64,000 bases of DNA from a virus (IMGVR_UViG_3300022747_000001:1-64000), one strand, 5' to 3'; counted from the stretch's first letter, positions 1 through 8,090 are shown. Translations and numbers: made by a program. The notes: generated by a model not told the origin, from the letters alone.

Positions 1-19
1 ACAGGTTGCATTTGTCCTG

Positions 20-328
20 TCAGAACCAGTTGGTCTGCATCAGCTCAACCAGGCACGCGTGCATCTCTGCGCGTGTCGCGAAGTGGTGCGTGACCTTCTT
101 TTCGTAATCATCGAAGTCGAAGTCCTGTTTGATGAAGGTGACGTTCATAACAGGTGCGAACTCAACGAGGTCTTTAGGCTCATACACATCGACCGTGTAA
201 AGCTCGTCATCGGAGGTGGTGTACTGCGTGCAGTCGATGATCTTTTGACCTTGATTGATGAACAGGAACAGACCGTCTGAAATCTCGGTCGCCTGCTCGA
301 TTATCTTGTCTGCGCGTTCTTGGTGCAT
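20..328 (-). CDS. hypothetical protein, 102 aa, acidic
   Basis: ORF on the dominant coding strand. A TATAGT-like -10 (plus actata 367-372) and a degenerate operator (tcacagtgaga 354-364) lie upstream. No recognisable domain. Confidence 0.5.
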   Translation of the reverse strand: MHQERADKIIEQATEISDGLFLFINQGQKIIDCTQYTTSDDELYTVDVYEPKDLVEFAPVMNVTFIKQDFDFDDYEKKVTHHFATRAEMHACLVELMQTNWF

Positions 329-419
329 AGCTTCTTTCTTTGATACTGCAAAATCACAGTGAGATAACTATATCAAGAAAAGCGACGATTTTTGCAGGAC
401 ACCGCATCTGTCCTGGTGG

Positions 420-499
420 TTCGCCAATGGTTCGCCAATCAATCCCTAGGCACGCCTAGGCACCGATTCCTGAGCGTTCCTAGGCACCTTCCTAGGCAC
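420..499. repeat. iteron cluster: 2x TTCGCCAAT then 4x CCTAGGCAC
   Basis: ttcgccaat at 420-428 and 431-439. cctaggcac at 445-453, 455-463, 479-487 and 491-499. Intergenic, directly downstream of a terminator. Confidence 0.8.
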
Positions 500-506
500 G
501 AACCGG

Positions 507-535
507 ACAAACAAAAGGCGACTCGGAAGTCGCCT
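507..535 (-). terminator. Rho-independent terminator after gene 578-841
   Basis: Stem aggcgact (516-523) / agtcgcct (528-535), loop cgga, followed on the minus strand by TTTTGTTTG. Confidence 0.7.
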
Positions 536-577
536 GCACACACTTTGTCCGCGCCGTACCCCGACGCAGGTCTTCAG

Positions 578-841
578 TTACGCCTGAGTCATCCAACTCT
601 TGTCCAGCCGTACCTCAATCGGCGTCAGATCATCGGACGAAGCAATCACCAGCGCTTCCTGATCCAACTGATCGGCAATCCGAAGCAGCGATGACGCACA
701 CAACGCCATGAACCCCAACGAGACGCACAACGCCCAAGCGAACGCGAACCCAAATCCATAGTCATGCAGCGCGACAATGCAAAACGCCGACGCCAGCATG
801 TTCAGTATCAAAGCCAAGGTGGTGAGGTAAAAACGAATCAT
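578..841 (-). CDS. small membrane protein, 87 aa
   Basis: Two or three hydrophobic helices (LTTLALILNMLASAFCIVAL, FAFAWALCVSLGFMALCA). RBS CAGGAG 7 nt before the ATG. Confidence 0.55.
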   Translation of the reverse strand: MIRFYLTTLALILNMLASAFCIVALHDYGFGFAFAWALCVSLGFMALCASSLLRIADQLDQEALVIASSDDLTPIEVRLDKSWMTQA

Positions 842-860
842 GAAAGCTCCTGGTGGTGGT

Positions 861-882
861 TGACAGATGATTTACTGTAACC
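861..882 (-). promoter_or_regulatory. class-2 upstream box (GGTTACAGTAAATCATCTGTCA on minus)
   Basis: Matches the box found 25-45 nt upstream of five other start codons in the left 11 kb. Confidence 0.4.
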
Positions 883-1316
883 AGCAAATACAGGCGAAAA
901 GCTGTTTGGCCAGGGATTCTTATAGGGCACCTTATAGGAGCCGGCCTAGGCATTTCTAGGCGAATCTTCCAACGCGGCCACGGATTGAGTCTTATAGGAG
1001 CATCAAGCGGTGAAAGCGCCTTCTTATACATACAGGATGCTTGCCGTACCCCCGTTGCGTAGAGATTCAGGCAAAAGCTCCCCTACCCTCACGCCAAGGG
1101 ATAAAGGAGGTTTGAGATTCAGGCCCACAAGGGGGTTCTCCAACTTGCATGTGGCTGCCTAGGCCACTGCCCTCGTCCTTGGAGATGCGCTCGGACGCTG
1201 GATTCTTACGGAGTTGCACCGGCCTTGGCATGACGCCTTGGCTTACCAGTAGCTCTATTCTTCCCGACAGCCGAACTAGGCCTCATAGACTTCAGGCGGG
1301 GAGTGCCTTGGCGGCA

Positions 1317-1338
1317 AGTATAGCTCAGGGCTGACTTA
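1317..1338 (-). promoter_or_regulatory. promoter-like -10 TATACT with adjacent operator copy
   Basis: Minus strand reads TAAGTCAGCCCTGAGCTATACT. The architecture is nearly identical to the promoter at 59355-59376. Confidence 0.45.
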
Positions 1339-1855
1339 GTTTGCCTGGCGAAAATTTTCCCTATAAGGTTTCGCGCCAGAAAAATGAAAATGATCGAGGG
1401 AATACAAACGCCTCGTCCTTACCGTTTTACTTTTTCCTGTCTCTATCATTCCTAGTGTTCTTTCTATGCCTGTACCCATGAGTTTCATCCTCCCTAATGA
1501 TCTGATGCCTGTGAGTGTCGTCCGTGTCCGTGTTCGTCTCCGTTGTTCTTTCTTCTTTCTCCTAGCTGTTCCAGACTTGGTTTCTTCCCGTACTTGGATT
1601 CGACCGATTTAAACGCGTTTTGAGCGCTTTCCGTTTGTTCGTGTGTCAGCGGTGCTAAACCTTGATTGGCAGCGCTCTGGTGCGGTTCTGATGCGTTTCC
1701 CTGTGCTTGTTTTTAGTTATAGGTTTCTGATGTGTGAATCTCTTGGAAACCTTATACATTGGCAGTAAGTTTCTTATACATATTTTGGCCTCTTGGATTT
1801 GCTGTTTGTTGCGGATTTACAACAGTCTTTCCAAGGCGGATTTGAGGTGTTTAAT

Positions 1856-1876
1856 AACCCTACGGTGTGTAGGGTT
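1856..1876 (-). terminator. hairpin downstream of gene 1885-2301 (weak terminator)
   Basis: Stem aaccctac (1856-1863) / gtagggtt (1869-1876). The trailing sequence is A/T-rich but not a clean U-tract. Confidence 0.4.
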
Positions 1877-1881
1877 GTTCC

Positions 1882-1895
1882 TCATTACTGAGTGA
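1882..1895 (-). promoter_or_regulatory. operator-like motif copy (degenerate)
   Basis: Plus tcattactgagtga. Contains the TAA stop of gene 1885-2301. Confidence 0.35.
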
Positions 1896-2301
1896 TGGGG
1901 TGACCGTGCAGTGTGCCTGTTTTGAGTGCTTCTTCACAGGCTTTGATGACGTTCTTGATTCGGGTCGATCCTTCGTGCTTGTCATGGATGTTCTGGATGT
2001 GCATCAGTTGGCTGACTTTGAGTCCGGTGACAGTTTCAATGTTCTTGTGGCCTACGTGCGTTGCTGCGACGAAGCCAATGTTCGATCCGTTGTGGTGGTG
2101 CTTTCGAATGTCCTTGAGCTGTGCCTGGCTGAACAGCGAGCCTACCGCGCAGTTGTTTCCTGACGGATAGACGTACTCGCAGCTTCCGTAGTCGTCGCCT
2201 TTGTCGAGGTTCGCGCCGATCTTGCCCTTCTTGGCCTGCTTGATGATGTGCTCCAGCGATTCTTTGCCGGTGCGACATTTCACTCCGTTGATAATTTGCA
2301 T
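1885..2301 (-). CDS. hypothetical protein, 138 aa
   Basis: ORF track. RBS GGAGAAACC before the ATG. His-rich, no recognised family. Confidence 0.6.
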   Translation of the reverse strand: MQIINGVKCRTGKESLEHIIKQAKKGKIGANLDKGDDYGSCEYVYPSGNNCAVGSLFSQAQLKDIRKHHHNGSNIGFVAATHVGHKNIETVTGLKVSQLMHIQNIHDKHEGSTRIKNVIKACEEALKTGTLHGHPITQ

Positions 2302-2325
2302 GGTGGTTTCTCCTATAAGGTTGGT

Positions 2326-2664
2326 TTAGTCGCCGATGGATTCGTAGTGTTGGATGAGGTGGTCAAGCCAAGCGTGTCTGGTTGCTTGGAGCTTTTGTCG
2401 ATTTCTGGGCTTCTCGGACCTGGGTGAGTAGAGGTCGGTGAACGGCACACGTCGTTTGGCCACGAGCCAATCTTCCAATCTGCAATGACGCCCAAGCAGC
2501 TTGTCGATGATTTTCTCGGCCAATCGAGCGTCTCCAAAAGTCACGTAGCCCCTAGCCCACGAGCGATTGAGAGCCTGACAGACGAACTGAGCCTTGATGC
2601 CCCGTCGCCCGACACCCGTCCACAGGTGCTTCTTGGCGGCTCGGAAGACTTCGCTGGTTTTCAT
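2326..2664 (-). CDS. hypothetical protein, 112 aa, paralog of 9713-10066
   Basis: The C-terminal KLQATRHAWLDHLIQHYESIGD is nearly identical to the C-terminus of the 117-aa ORF at 9713-10066. Confidence 0.65.
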   Translation of the reverse strand: MKTSEVFRAAKKHLWTGVGRRGIKAQFVCQALNRSWARGYVTFGDARLAEKIIDKLLGRHCRLEDWLVAKRRVPFTDLYSPRSEKPRNRQKLQATRHAWLDHLIQHYESIGD

Positions 2665-3101
2665 GCGGTCTTCTCCTGTGCTTGAGTGAGCCAGAAGATC
2701 ATCGGCTGTGGGTCGCGGTTCTCATGAGTGAACGCGTGCCAGGGCGACTCGGACTCGATGTACTCGCCCGCCTCATTGTGACGATGGTTGTCACAGGCGA
2801 ATCCGTCTCGTGCGATGGCCAGCGGACACTCAAGGCAGAAGGTTTCATCGCCATGCTCGTTCTCTTGGGGGTCGTCCGTGTGAAAGTGGTGGCACAAGGC
2901 GCAGCTTTCACTTCCGATCCAAAGCGTGTCGTCCTCCGCACCGATGTTGTTGGAGTCGGGCCAACGCTCCACCCCGTGCTTGGCGAGGTTCTCAGCGGTG
3001 AGACCCTTCCACTTGAGCAGGCTGTGCGCGACCGCTTGGTCGATTGGACATTGGTCTGCTTCGACCGGATAGAACTCAGCTTTCCAAGTTTGCAGTGACA
3101 T
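2661..3101 (-). CDS. Cys/His-rich hypothetical protein, 146 aa
   Basis: Start moved to the internal Met (MSLQTW), which has RBS AAGGAG upstream. Cys/His clusters CALCHHFH and CLECP. ATGA-type overlap with the next gene. Confidence 0.55.
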   Translation of the reverse strand: MSLQTWKAEFYPVEADQCPIDQAVAHSLLKWKGLTAENLAKHGVERWPDSNNIGAEDDTLWIGSESCALCHHFHTDDPQENEHGDETFCLECPLAIARDGFACDNHRHNEAGEYIESESPWHAFTHENRDPQPMIFWLTQAQEKTA

Positions 3102-3315
3102 TTGCGTGCTCCTTTGCCAGTCGTCGATATTGGTTGACGTTGTTTTTGTAGGCTCTTGGGTCAACAGAGCCGGCAGTGAGGAACTGCACTTGGGGAAACT
3201 CGTTGAACACCACTCTGAAGTGGCGTGTGGCGCGTTCGACGGACTTCACGGTGAAGCCCTCGCGTGCGTATAGCTTGAACTGCTCCAGCAGTCGTTTTGG
3301 AAGACGTACTGCCAT
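3076..3315 (-). CDS. hypothetical protein, 79 aa
   Basis: ORF track; chained with neighbours. Confidence 0.5.
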   Translation of the reverse strand: MAVRLPKRLLEQFKLYAREGFTVKSVERATRHFRVVFNEFPQVQFLTAGSVDPRAYKNNVNQYRRLAKEHANVTANLES

Positions 3316-3644
3316 TACTGAGCCAGGCGGTAGCCCTCGCTGACGATGCGGAAGGTCGAGACGGTTTTGGCGTCGTTGCTGTCAACGAGGAATACTTCTG
3401 GCTTAGTGCCGACGAAGAATTCAATGGCGTCGAGGTACACGCCTAATCCGATCGTGTCGTACTCATGGATGACCACCAGCGCGTTGATCGGGTTCTTCCA
3501 GTCTGTCTTGTCTTCCACCTGCTCGAAGGCGGCTTTGAGGATGTTGTGCCTGGCAACATCAAGCGTCACTCGGCGCTGCGGGGCGCTTGAGGCGATGCCT
3601 CTGAGGTACTCCGTGCGCTTCTGCTCGGGCGTTAATTGTGACAT
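3315..3644 (-). CDS. hypothetical protein, 109 aa
   Basis: ORF track. RBS AGGAGAAC upstream. Confidence 0.55.
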   Translation of the reverse strand: MSQLTPEQKRTEYLRGIASSAPQRRVTLDVARHNILKAAFEQVEDKTDWKNPINALVVIHEYDTIGLGVYLDAIEFFVGTKPEVFLVDSNDAKTVSTFRIVSEGYRLAQ

Positions 3645-3848
3645 TTAGTTCTCCTGTGCGTTAGTTACTGATGACTTATTGTCACAAGCGAGAGAAGGAT
3701 GCGCAATGCGTCCAATCACAAGCCCTGGATAAATCCCATGCGATTCAGCATGGTGGCGCTTCATGGCTTCGGTGATGAAGCCTGGATCGTTGACCTGCTC
3801 GTGCCAGGGACGGCCGGCACGCACGGCTTTCGGGTCACACATTCCCAT
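3645..3848 (-). CDS. hypothetical protein, 67 aa
   Basis: ORF track; abuts both neighbours. Confidence 0.45.
   Translation of the reverse strand: MGMCDPKAVRAGRPWHEQVNDPGFITEAMKRHHAESHGIYPGLVIGRIAHPSLACDNKSSVTNAQEN
3665..3678 (-). promoter_or_regulatory. operator-like motif copy
   Basis: Plus ttactgatgactta. Lies inside or next to the 3' end of a small gene. Confidence 0.35.
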
Positions 3849-4231
3849 TACTTGTTCTCCTGAACGATGTGGTCGGACATTTCTCGACGACAGCTTTTAC
3901 CGCAGCTTTCGCTCCAAGTCGTCTCGGTGTCGGTTGAGGCGGGGCATCGGGTGAAGAAGTGATCGCGTCCACCGCTTTCGAAGGCGTAGACGTTGCATCC
4001 ATCTGCCTTGCGAATGATGTGAGGCGTTTCTCGCGCTTTGCGCTGCGCTGCCTCTAACGCTGTCTTGGCAGCAGATTCTTCGGGCGTGTCACGCCAGTGC
4101 CAAAAGCTCCAGATGACACACACGACGATGGCCCAGGAAAGCATGCCTTCTCTATCTGGCCAACTGCTCAAGTGGCAGTAGAGCGACACCACGGCGACGA
4201 GGGCTAGAAGGAGGATGACCCACTCAGTCAT
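3848..4231 (-). CDS. membrane-anchored hypothetical protein, 127 aa
   Basis: Start set at MTEWVILLLALVAVVSLY (RBS GGAGAAG; ATGA overlap with 4228-4413). Two N-terminal TM helices. Confidence 0.5.
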   Translation of the reverse strand: MTEWVILLLALVAVVSLYCHLSSWPDREGMLSWAIVVCVIWSFWHWRDTPEESAAKTALEAAQRKARETPHIIRKADGCNVYAFESGGRDHFFTRCPASTDTETTWSESCGKSCRREMSDHIVQENK

Positions 4232-4413
4232 TTCGCTTCTCCGCTGGGTGGCAATGGAATGTCGCCGGTCTTTTCGCAGTACGTCATGCACGCCTGTTCG
4301 CTCTCATGGCGCATCACGCTCAAGTGGCCGCTCCAGTTGTAGCTCGACCACTTGGTTGGATGGTTCAGTGTTGGCAGGGGTTTGCCCGCTCGTTCTTGAT
4401 GCCAGGTCGCCAT
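4228..4413 (-). CDS. hypothetical protein, 61 aa
   Basis: ORF track. Stop overlaps the next start as ATGA. Confidence 0.4.
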   Translation of the reverse strand: MATWHQERAGKPLPTLNHPTKWSSYNWSGHLSVMRHESEQACMTYCEKTGDIPLPPSGEAK

Positions 4414-4414
4414 C

Positions 4415-4771
4415 TCAATACTCCGAAGGCAGCAGCAAGGTGCCGTCGATCAGGTAGAAGCTCCAAACACCTTCAGGGCAGTCGGTGAATTCGATCTTCT
4501 TTGTCCAGGAGGGATTGCCGTTACCGTCTTCGACGACGACCGAGGCAGCGTTGTCCTTTGAGACGAGCTTGACGACGCCAAACTCCAGATTCATTGGCAG
4601 AATCTCGGTGCCAACTATGTCGATGAACCAGTAGGCGCCGGCGTTGATGGCGAAAGCCCGAGCGCCATCGGTGTAGCGCAGCTTGGTCAGCCTGTGGTCG
4701 TAGATGTTCTCCGAACCGTAGTAGTTGGCCAGGATGGCGCGTAGTTCTTGAGGCGTTGGTTTCTTGTGCAT
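4415..4771 (-). CDS. DUF6876-like protein, 118 aa
   Basis: Pattern YYGSENIYDH...YTDGARAFAINAGAYWFIDIV resembles the DUF6876 family seen in plasmid and ICE leading regions. This is from memory, not a search. Confidence 0.5.
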   Translation of the reverse strand: MHKKPTPQELRAILANYYGSENIYDHRLTKLRYTDGARAFAINAGAYWFIDIVGTEILPMNLEFGVVKLVSKDNAASVVVEDGNGNPSWTKKIEFTDCPEGVWSFYLIDGTLLLPSEY

Positions 4772-4797
4772 CGAATTACTCCTTTGGTTTTGTTTTT

Positions 4798-4824
4798 CGA
4801 TAATGTATTGTCACGAATGACTTA
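4798..4824 (-). promoter_or_regulatory. class-2 upstream box plus operator copy
   Basis: Plus cgataatgtattgtcac (4798-4814) followed by tcacgaatgactta (4811-4824), 27 nt upstream of the start at 4771. Confidence 0.45.
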
Positions 4825-4858
4825 TGGACGTACAAGCGAATGGCCAGGGCAGATTGCG

Positions 4859-5050
4859 TTAGCCGTTGGGGTAGTCCGCGCACTGGCGCTCGTAGCCCTC
4901 TTTCACCAGCTTCCAGCTTTCGAACGAAAAGGCGTGGTCGATGTGAGCCTGGGCGATGGTGATTCCCGCCTGAGCGAGAAAGCCGCCAAAGTCACGCAGT
5001 TGATCGGCGCTTTCCTGAACAGCGCGGTTGATGGCGTCGGCGTAACTCAT
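4859..5050 (-). CDS. hypothetical protein, 63 aa
   Basis: ORF track. Confidence 0.45.
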   Translation of the reverse strand: MSYADAINRAVQESADQLRDFGGFLAQAGITIAQAHIDHAFSFESWKLVKEGYERQCADYPNG

Positions 5051-5053
5051 GGC

Positions 5054-5425
5054 TTACTCCACCACCACGAAATGACCGTCTGGGAAGTTGGACGAAAACC
5101 AGCCCTCGCCTTCACACAGCCAATTACCGTTGAACTCGTACTGGGACAGGCGCACGTTCTTCTCGCGTCCGGTGTACCACTCGCTCTTGAGGCGCTTGAG
5201 CAGTGCCTCGCGCACGCTGTCTTGGCTGAAGTTCGGGCGGTAATGCACGGCGACCTTCTCGGCGAACTTGGTGGCCAGCTCCTCAAACTTGGACTGGGTG
5301 AGGTTGCCGGTGTACGGCAGCAGGTAGCACTTTTGACCATCTTCCGTTGTGTCGTAACGCAGCATGGTCTTTAGGCACTTGGCAAAGTGGCGCGGTTGCG
5401 CCAGGGGTCGTGATGTAACTGTCAT
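5054..5425 (-). CDS. hypothetical protein, 123 aa
   Basis: Start moved to MTVTSRP, which has RBS GAGGAGAAC upstream. The longer track ORF would overrun two coupled micro-ORFs. Confidence 0.5.
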   Translation of the reverse strand: MTVTSRPLAQPRHFAKCLKTMLRYDTTEDGQKCYLLPYTGNLTQSKFEELATKFAEKVAVHYRPNFSQDSVREALLKRLKSEWYTGREKNVRLSQYEFNGNWLCEGEGWFSSNFPDGHFVVVE

Positions 5426-5586
5426 TCTTCGTTCTCCTCGATAAATTCTTCGGCGTGAGCCATGTCGGTCACATCGTCCTCGCTCATGAAGTCGAGGCAG
5501 GCTTTTGCAACGACCAGCGGGTTCAACTCGCCCTGCTCCATCATGTCGAGCAGCTTGCAGGTGTTGGGGCGTGAGAGGCGACTCAT
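5422..5586 (-). CDS. micro-ORF, 54 aa, acidic (not in ORF track)
   Basis: Hand translation: MSRLSRPNTCKLLDMMEQGELNPLVVAKACLDFMSEDDVTDMAHAEEFIEENEE. RBS GAGGAG. ATGA overlaps at both ends. Confidence 0.4.
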   Translation of the reverse strand: MSRLSRPNTCKLLDMMEQGELNPLVVAKACLDFMSEDDVTDMAHAEEFIEENEE

Positions 5587-5753
5587 TGCGCTGGCTCCTC
5601 AACGATGGTGAGCACCGCACGGATGCCCTGATTGTCGAATTCGTTCATCAGGTAGTCCCGCAGCTCCGTGACCGCGTTGTCCGCATCCTCTTGATCCATG
5701 ACAATCATGTCGCTGATGGGTTCGAGCAAATCAACTCTTAGGTACTTGGGCAT
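5583..5753 (-). CDS. micro-ORF, 56 aa, acidic (not in ORF track)
   Basis: Hand translation: MPKYLRVDLLEPISDMIVMDQEDADNAVTELRDYLMNEFDNQGIRAVLTIVEEPAQ. RBS AAGGAGG. ATGA overlap downstream. Confidence 0.4.
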   Translation of the reverse strand: MPKYLRVDLLEPISDMIVMDQEDADNAVTELRDYLMNEFDNQGIRAVLTIVEEPAQ

Positions 5754-5777
5754 ACACGCCTCCTTCTTGGTTTGTTT

Positions 5778-5824
5778 CAGTGATTGAACTGTAAACGCTG
5801 AATTGTGGACTCACCAGTGACTGA
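5778..5824 (-). promoter_or_regulatory. class-2 upstream box (1.5 copies) plus operator copy
   Basis: Plus cagtgattgaactgtaaac (5778-5796), gctgaattgtggac (5797-5810) and tcaccagtgactga (5811-5824). Confidence 0.45.
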
Positions 5825-5829
5825 GGTGG

Positions 5830-6525
5830 CTAATCAATGAAATCGTCAGGGTAAAGATCGTCCAAGCGCAGACGGTTGATCTCAGGCGTGGCGCGTCCAT
5901 CTTTGATGTGGATCTTGACGTGCAGCTCCTCGCCCAGATCGGCGAACTTGATCTTGTCCACCGTGTCCCGAATGGTGGTGAAGCAGTAGGCAAGCTCGTG
6001 ATTGGACGCACCGTCGAATCGCTTCACCGAGCGCCAGTAGCCTTGACGCATCCAGCGAGTGAGTCGGTTCCACACGTCGATGGTGTCGTACTTGAACTGT
6101 CGCCAGTCAGCGTCGTCCAGCTCACTTTTCAGGCTGCGTTTCGTCTCTCGGACGATCTCTTGCAGCTCATGCTCCATGTCATCATCGAGGTGGCGCGGCC
6201 TACCCGTGACTTTCTTGAGCATTTCCCCAGCGTGCCAGCGATCGGACAGGAATCGCGCGAGGTCGCTACCCAGGACGGCAGCAGGCGCGTGGAAGGAGCC
6301 TTGCTGGTAGAACCAGCCTGTCTCCACTCTGAGGTAGAGCATGGCACCGAAGGCGAGAATCTCCTCCTCGAGCGTGCCTGCGGTCACGTCGAAGTGCTCC
6401 ATCGTGTCGTGCGCAACGCCAAGTCCCTGACTGGCGTTGAACTTTGGCATTAGCTTGGGTATCCACCCATCACCGCCATACTCCTCGTCGTTGGCGTAAA
6501 CAAAATCAAGCTGGATGTGATTCAT
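5830..6525 (-). CDS. hypothetical protein, 231 aa
   Basis: Start moved to MNHIQLDF, which has RBS GCAGGAGAAC upstream. No recognised family. Confidence 0.6.
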   Translation of the reverse strand: MNHIQLDFVYANDEEYGGDGWIPKLMPKFNASQGLGVAHDTMEHFDVTAGTLEEEILAFGAMLYLRVETGWFYQQGSFHAPAAVLGSDLARFLSDRWHAGEMLKKVTGRPRHLDDDMEHELQEIVRETKRSLKSELDDADWRQFKYDTIDVWNRLTRWMRQGYWRSVKRFDGASNHELAYCFTTIRDTVDKIKFADLGEELHVKIHIKDGRATPEINRLRLDDLYPDDFID

Positions 6526-6682
6526 CTTTGTTCTCCTGCGGCAGTGGTTTGGGGCGCAACTTGGCCAGGCGGGTTTGCTCTGCCGTCTCGGGGTCAAGCC
6601 CTGTCGCGCCGGTGTAGATGGCCAACTGCTTTCGGTTCTCGTAGATGGCACAGTGGTCGCCTTGAATCAGTAAAAGTCGCAT
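6506..6682 (-). CDS. hypothetical protein, 58 aa
   Basis: ORF-track ORF trimmed to the internal Met. Weak RBS. Confidence 0.3.
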   Translation of the reverse strand: MRLLLIQGDHCAIYENRKQLAIYTGATGLDPETAEQTRLAKLRPKPLPQENKDESHPA

Positions 6683-6737
6683 GGGTCTTCCAATCAGTTG
6701 AAGAAAAGGGCGTAAAGAAAGCAGCACATCAAAAGGG

Positions 6738-6953
6738 TCACGATGTGGCTACCTTTGCGCCCAAGTAGACATAGCGCCACTCGGTCGGCTGGTTGCGGTT
6801 CCAATGAGCGACTTTGGCCTTTGCCTGTTGCTCGATGGTTCGGTGCGGCAAGAAGTTCAGGTCAGGCAGCTGCGCTTCGTCGAAGGTGCCGATGTACTCA
6901 TTGCCTGTGCGCAGGTTCACGCGCCGGTATTGGTAGATCAGAGAATCTGCCAT
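6738..6953 (-). CDS. hypothetical protein, 71 aa
   Basis: ORF track. Confidence 0.5.
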   Translation of the reverse strand: MADSLIYQYRRVNLRTGNEYIGTFDEAQLPDLNFLPHRTIEQQAKAKVAHWNRNQPTEWRYVYLGAKVATS

Positions 6954-7222
6954 TGCTTGTCTCCTCGCTTGCGATATTGGAAGGTGGTTGCGCCGGCAAA
7001 GTCAGCGGCCCAGTCCAGCGGTTCGAAGGCTTCAAGCTCGTCGGCTTGGCTCAGATCGCCGCAGATGCCGGAGTAGTAGAGGATGTCGTCGCCATCCAGA
7101 ATCTGAAATTCGTAGGGCATCGCCACGAGCAGGTCTTGTTCGCCGCTGGTGCGCTTGCCATACCCACTGACCTTCTTCTCGCCTGGCTCGGCGATGTGGT
7201 CTATCAAAATTAGCCAATCCAT
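6938..7222 (-). CDS. hypothetical protein, 94 aa
   Basis: ORF track. RBS GAGGAG. First gene behind the box at 7248-7265. Confidence 0.55.
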   Translation of the reverse strand: MDWLILIDHIAEPGEKKVSGYGKRTSGEQDLLVAMPYEFQILDGDDILYYSGICGDLSQADELEAFEPLDWAADFAGATTFQYRKRGDKQWQIL

Positions 7223-7247
7223 TTAGTGCTCCTCGCTGCTGTTGTTT

Positions 7248-7265
7248 CGATAACTGAATTGTCAC
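7248..7265 (-). promoter_or_regulatory. class-2 upstream box
   Basis: Plus cgataactgaattgtcac, 26 nt upstream of the start at 7222. Confidence 0.45.
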
Positions 7266-7269
7266 CACC

Positions 7270-7303
7270 GAGTATTGGACATGCAATACTCAGCGGTGAC
7301 TTA
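7270..7303 (-). promoter_or_regulatory. inverted repeat GAGTATTG-N6-CAATACTC plus operator copy
   Basis: The IR arms are 7270-7277 and 7284-7291. The operator tcagcggtgactta is at 7290-7303. Confidence 0.45.
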
Positions 7304-7319
7304 CCCTTACAGTTAGCCT

Positions 7320-8006
7320 TTAACGTGCGTCGAGTTCGGCGACGATCGACGCCAGGGCCTCTTCGAGCTTGGCGACGTTGGCGGCAATCTTCTTGGATTT
7401 GGTCTTCACGGCTTTGAGGTCGGCGATCTGTTCCTCGACACGCTTGATGGCGCTGATGAGGCCCTCCTCGGTCATGTTCTTCACATCGTTGCCGAAGATG
7501 TAGGACTTGGTTTCAAAGGCAGGTGCCAAAGTCACGGTGCCAGTGGGGTAGGCTTTTGAGTAGTTGTCATTCATGGGAAGTTCTCCTTCAGGATTGAGTT
7601 GGCAGGGTTGTGGTGCGCCGAGTGAAATCTCAACGCATGGATTGCTGTCTTGGCGCTTTCGCACGCCGGTCGTGGTGTAGCAGTAGCCCGCCGCTTGCAG
7701 TCGTTCCAACTGGAAGTGGAATTCGGCCATATTGCTGTCGCTGGAGAAGCCATAAGCGGAGCACGCCCCACCCAGTCGCTTCCACATTTCAAGGTAGAGG
7801 AACGACCACTCAGGGCCTGAGAGCGCGAAACGATCTTCCTCACCCAGCAGCTTACGAATTGGCATGATGGACGTGCCAACGATGCGGCGGAACTGAGAGA
7901 AATGCCCTCGCTCCACTTCGTTCTTGGCTCTGACCATAAATGCTTGGTTGTTCTCCAGCGCCCAGACGTACTGGACGGTCATGTGATCGAGTCTTTCGGG
8001 TGTCAT
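7320..8006 (-). CDS. hypothetical protein, 228 aa, coiled-coil C-terminus, with a strong internal in-frame start at 7574
   Basis: Start set at MTPERL (RBS AAGGAG). An in-frame internal ATG at 7574 has its own RBS GAAGGAG. Confidence 0.6.
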   Translation of the reverse strand: MTPERLDHMTVQYVWALENNQAFMVRAKNEVERGHFSQFRRIVGTSIMPIRKLLGEEDRFALSGPEWSFLYLEMWKRLGGACSAYGFSSDSNMAEFHFQLERLQAAGYCYTTTGVRKRQDSNPCVEISLGAPQPCQLNPEGELPMNDNYSKAYPTGTVTLAPAFETKSYIFGNDVKNMTEEGLISAIKRVEEQIADLKAVKTKSKKIAANVAKLEEALASIVAELDAR

Positions 8007-8035
8007 TGCATGGTTTCTCCTTACTGCTGTTGTTG

Positions 8036-8054
8036 CGATGATTGAACTGTAAAC
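8036..8054 (-). promoter_or_regulatory. class-2 upstream box
   Basis: Plus cgatgattgaactgtaaac, 30 nt upstream of the start at 8006. Confidence 0.45.
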
Positions 8055-8076
8055 GGTAAACTTTGGAGTTACCACG

Positions 8077-8090
8077 TCACAGGTGACTTA
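8077..8090 (-). promoter_or_regulatory. operator-like motif copy
   Basis: Plus tcacaggtgactta. Perfect dyad GTCAC-AG-GTGAC. Its TAA is the stop of gene 8088-8867. The surrounding 16-mer is identical to the one at 10152-10167. Confidence 0.5.

Larger units (their letters stand above)
842..1855. other. about 1 kb non-coding, repeat-rich region
   Basis: No credible ORF in any frame. Recurring short words: CTTATA(G/C), GAGATTCAGGC x2 (1064-1074, 1114-1124), GCCTTGGC x3, CCTCGTCCTT x2, more CCTAGGC copies (944, 1158), and a pyrimidine-rich tract at 1500-1570. Confidence 0.7.

Noticed and set aside
445-499. CCTAGGCAC repeats as a possible CRISPR array.
   Set aside because: The repeats are only 9 bp, the spacers are irregular (1, 15 and 3 bp), and there are no cas genes. 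An iteron or binding-site cluster fits better.
392-1334. ORFs 392-694 (+), 762-1031 (-) and 1149-1334 (+) in the repeat-rich zone.
   Set aside because: They span a terminator and the iterons. Their composition is Arg/Pro/Ser-rich and they have no SD sequence. I treated the zone as non-coding.
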